Positions 62,200 to 64,000 of a stretch of 64,000 nucleotides of DNA are shown here, in pieces. The notes under the pieces are model-generated. The model was given only the letters and a program-made list of their open reading frames with translations. It made no database searches and was not told where the DNA came from. Source of the stretch: Planctomycetota bacterium (GTDB lineage: Bacteria > Planctomycetota > UBA8108 > UBA1146); NCBI GenBank assembly GCA_036125855.1, contig JAYZTT010000017.1, positions 21,323 to 85,322 of the forward strand, read 5' to 3'. Every line of letters starts with the position of its first letter. The first letter of the stretch is position 1. A program made the position numbers and the translations under genes.

Positions 62200-62782
62200 A
62201 ATAGGGGTTCTCGCCAGCGGTATGATCGGTGGAATCGTGGATATTTCGAATCCTCGGGAACTTCTGACGGATCAAGGTTTCGACCCCCTGCCGCAACGTC
62301 ATCGCTGCCATCCCACAGCCCTGACAGCCGCCACCCATGTGGATGAAGATGTCGTCCTCCTTGACATCGACCACCTCGATAAATCCACCGTGAGCAGCCA
62401 CCATCGGATTGAGATCATCGTTGAGAATGTTCTGGATTTCGACAAATAGTTGCTTCTCCGACTCATTCATCTCGCGAGTGCGCTGACTGTGAACTCGATC
62501 CAGATCTTCATAATGATCGCGGATCATATCGGTAGCCGCTTCAGTTATCGGTTCCCAGGACGAACCGTCCACCGGCTTCAGAAGGGTCACCAGCCGATCC
62601 TGCATCAAAACTGCCTCGAGTCCGTCGATCTCGATCAGTTTCCTGCCCAGAGGGCTCTCTTTTGCATCCTCCGGGGTCGAGTAATACTCCGGTGTCGTGG
62701 CAACAACCCGATTCAGTTGAATCACGCAGGTATCTGAATCGGACTCGTATGGTTTCACATCGATTTGCAATTGATCGGTCAT
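62189..62782 (-). CDS. NFU-type Fe-S cluster scaffold (Nfu_N-like domain + NifU C-terminal domain)
   Basis: C-terminal VAAHGGFIEVVDVKEDDIFIHMGGGCQGCGMAAMTLRQGVE (CxxC NifU_C motif). The ~90-aa N-terminal domain resembles the Nfu/NifU N-terminal domain. Confidence 0.8.
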   Translation of the reverse strand: MTDQLQIDVKPYESDSDTCVIQLNRVVATTPEYYSTPEDAKESPLGRKLIEIDGLEAVLMQDRLVTLLKPVDGSSWEPITEAATDMIRDHYEDLDRVHSQRTREMNESEKQLFVEIQNILNDDLNPMVAAHGGFIEVVDVKEDDIFIHMGGGCQGCGMAAMTLRQGVETLIRQKFPRIRNIHDSTDHTAGENPYYAK

Positions 62783-63005
62783 GGATGATCCTTCCAGGTC
62801 CGATGATGCCGCCTGATCCGGCTCGCCGCCACCACTCCCGGAAGATATCTGGCTTGTTTCTCAGTCGATGCCACGGATCCCTGGCCGCGACATCCACAAC
62901 AAAACTGTCTAACTGGATAACCACCCAAGAGGATCGGGAAAAATACAAAGTAATCCGCGACTCCCGAATGTAATCTGGATAGAGAAAGCCACAGAGGGAG
63001 TAGCC

Positions 63006-63767
63006 ATGTCGATGGAATCAGAAAGCGCAGAAGAGATATTCGATGACAGCTCTGATAACTGGGTCCGAGATGAACCGAAACTGTTATCGGACTGGACCGC
63101 CAGGCCCTTCCTTCTGAACTGGTGCTCTCCTACTGCAGGAAAGAGAATCCTCGATCTTGGCTGCGGGGAGGGATATTTCACCCGACAGCTCGCTCGAGAT
63201 CATCCGATAGAGGTGTACGGGATCGATATCAGTTCCAGCATGATCAAACTGGCCGACATGAAGGAAGAACAGGAGTCCCTCGGCATCCAGTATTCGGTGG
63301 GGTGTGCGAGTGAATTCAAGGTAAGTACCGGCTCCCGTTTCGACCTGATCACCGCCGTCTTCGTCTACAACTACCTGACCATCGAGCAGATGATGAAATC
63401 GATGGCTCTCGTCTATCAGAACCTCGCTGAAGGAGGGCAGTTCATCTTCTCTCTGCCCCACCCGGTCCATCCGTTCCTCGCATCGGACGATGCGCGCTTC
63501 CACTTCAATCGCTCTGGTGGCTGGTTCTCCGGCAAGGACAACATCTTTGATGGCACCATCGCATTGAAGGATGGGGATACTGTCCCCGTGAGATGTATAC
63601 ATAAAATTTTCGAGGACATTTTCAATGCACTTCGCGAGGCGGGTTTCCGAAAATTTCCGGAACTCAAGGAGCTGACCGTGACCGAGGATATAATCCTACA
63701 GGATCCCGAGTTCTTCGGACCTCTACGTGACCAGCCGTTACACATCGCCATTCGAGTCGAAAGGTGA
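63006..63767 (+). CDS. Class I SAM-dependent methyltransferase
   Basis: Motif I ILDLGCGEGYFTRQLA, post-I GIDISSSMI, motif II/III region DLITAVFVYNYL ... LAEGGQFIFS. Confidence 0.8.
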   Translation: MSMESESAEEIFDDSSDNWVRDEPKLLSDWTARPFLLNWCSPTAGKRILDLGCGEGYFTRQLARDHPIEVYGIDISSSMIKLADMKEEQESLGIQYSVGCASEFKVSTGSRFDLITAVFVYNYLTIEQMMKSMALVYQNLAEGGQFIFSLPHPVHPFLASDDARFHFNRSGGWFSGKDNIFDGTIALKDGDTVPVRCIHKIFEDIFNALREAGFRKFPELKELTVTEDIILQDPEFFGPLRDQPLHIAIRVER

Positions 63768-64000
63768 CCAGATGAACCTCCAACGATCACCATGGATCGC
63801 TTCTGAATTGATGCAGAGACCAGAGCATCGGATGGGTTTTGTCGATGGCATCGGTGACGAGATCAACGACTGGATCCAGCGTTGTCCCGAGGTGGTCGAG
63901 GACGATGTCTCGATGGATGATGTAGCCGGGATGAAATGCCTGACGGAGCTTGCTTCCCGGGTAAGAGTCGAGCTCACCTCGGGAAGCGGTGTCGCCCGGG

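Noticed and set aside
63772-64000. Both strands are open to the window edge. The plus frame starts at ATG 63772 (MNLQRSPWIASELMQRPEHRMGFVDGIGDEINDWIQRCPEVVEDD...). A minus frame ends at TGA 63789-63787 (...HPGYIIHRDIVLDHLGTTLDPVVDLVTDAIDKTHPMLWSLHQFRSDPW).
   Set aside because: Third-position GC is similar in both frames, and neither fragment has a motif I recognise. One of them is probably a real partial gene, but I cannot choose a strand from 230 nt, so no feature was called.

Overview
GC-rich, densely packed chromosomal segment with about 58 protein-coding genes, two tRNAs (His-GTG, Thr-CGT) and several intrinsic terminators. I saw no rRNA, CRISPR array, transposase or prophage genes. The gene content suggests a Planctomycetota-type genome, by inference only: a TPR protein with two RNA polymerase alpha-CTD-like domains, a secreted prenyltransferase/squalene-oxidase-repeat protein, large secreted proteins with dockerin-like tails, many lipoproteins, and a ThiE with a long N-terminal extension. 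Most genes are housekeeping: ruvA, UvrD/PcrA helicase, pabB-like, xerC-like, lpxA, dapF, purM, thiE, gmhA/gmhB, pgi, pcnB, lexA, eda, arfB, thiolase, NFU-type Fe-S scaffold. Stand-out observations: (1) A periplasmic TlpA/redoxin-like gene (21481-22395, minus) is split in two by the ORF track at an in-frame TGA. That TGA sits exactly at the first Cys of the CxxC motif and is followed by a SECIS-like hairpin, so this is a candidate UxxC selenoprotein. (2) Three secreted proteins (14236-21471) have unrelated passenger domains but share one C-terminal module of two dockerin/EF-hand-like repeats plus four Cys. (3) The first gene of the lexA operon is a small tail-anchored membrane protein, preceded by a cluster of CGAACA repeats; these are a candidate damage-induced effector and a candidate SOS operator. 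(4) A 430-nt hairpin-rich intergenic region ending in a terminator (35287-35717) may be an sRNA or an attenuator. (5) There is a tiny Cys-rich lipoprotein with CX3CX3C repeats. Many long ORFs in the track are antisense shadows of real genes and were not called.
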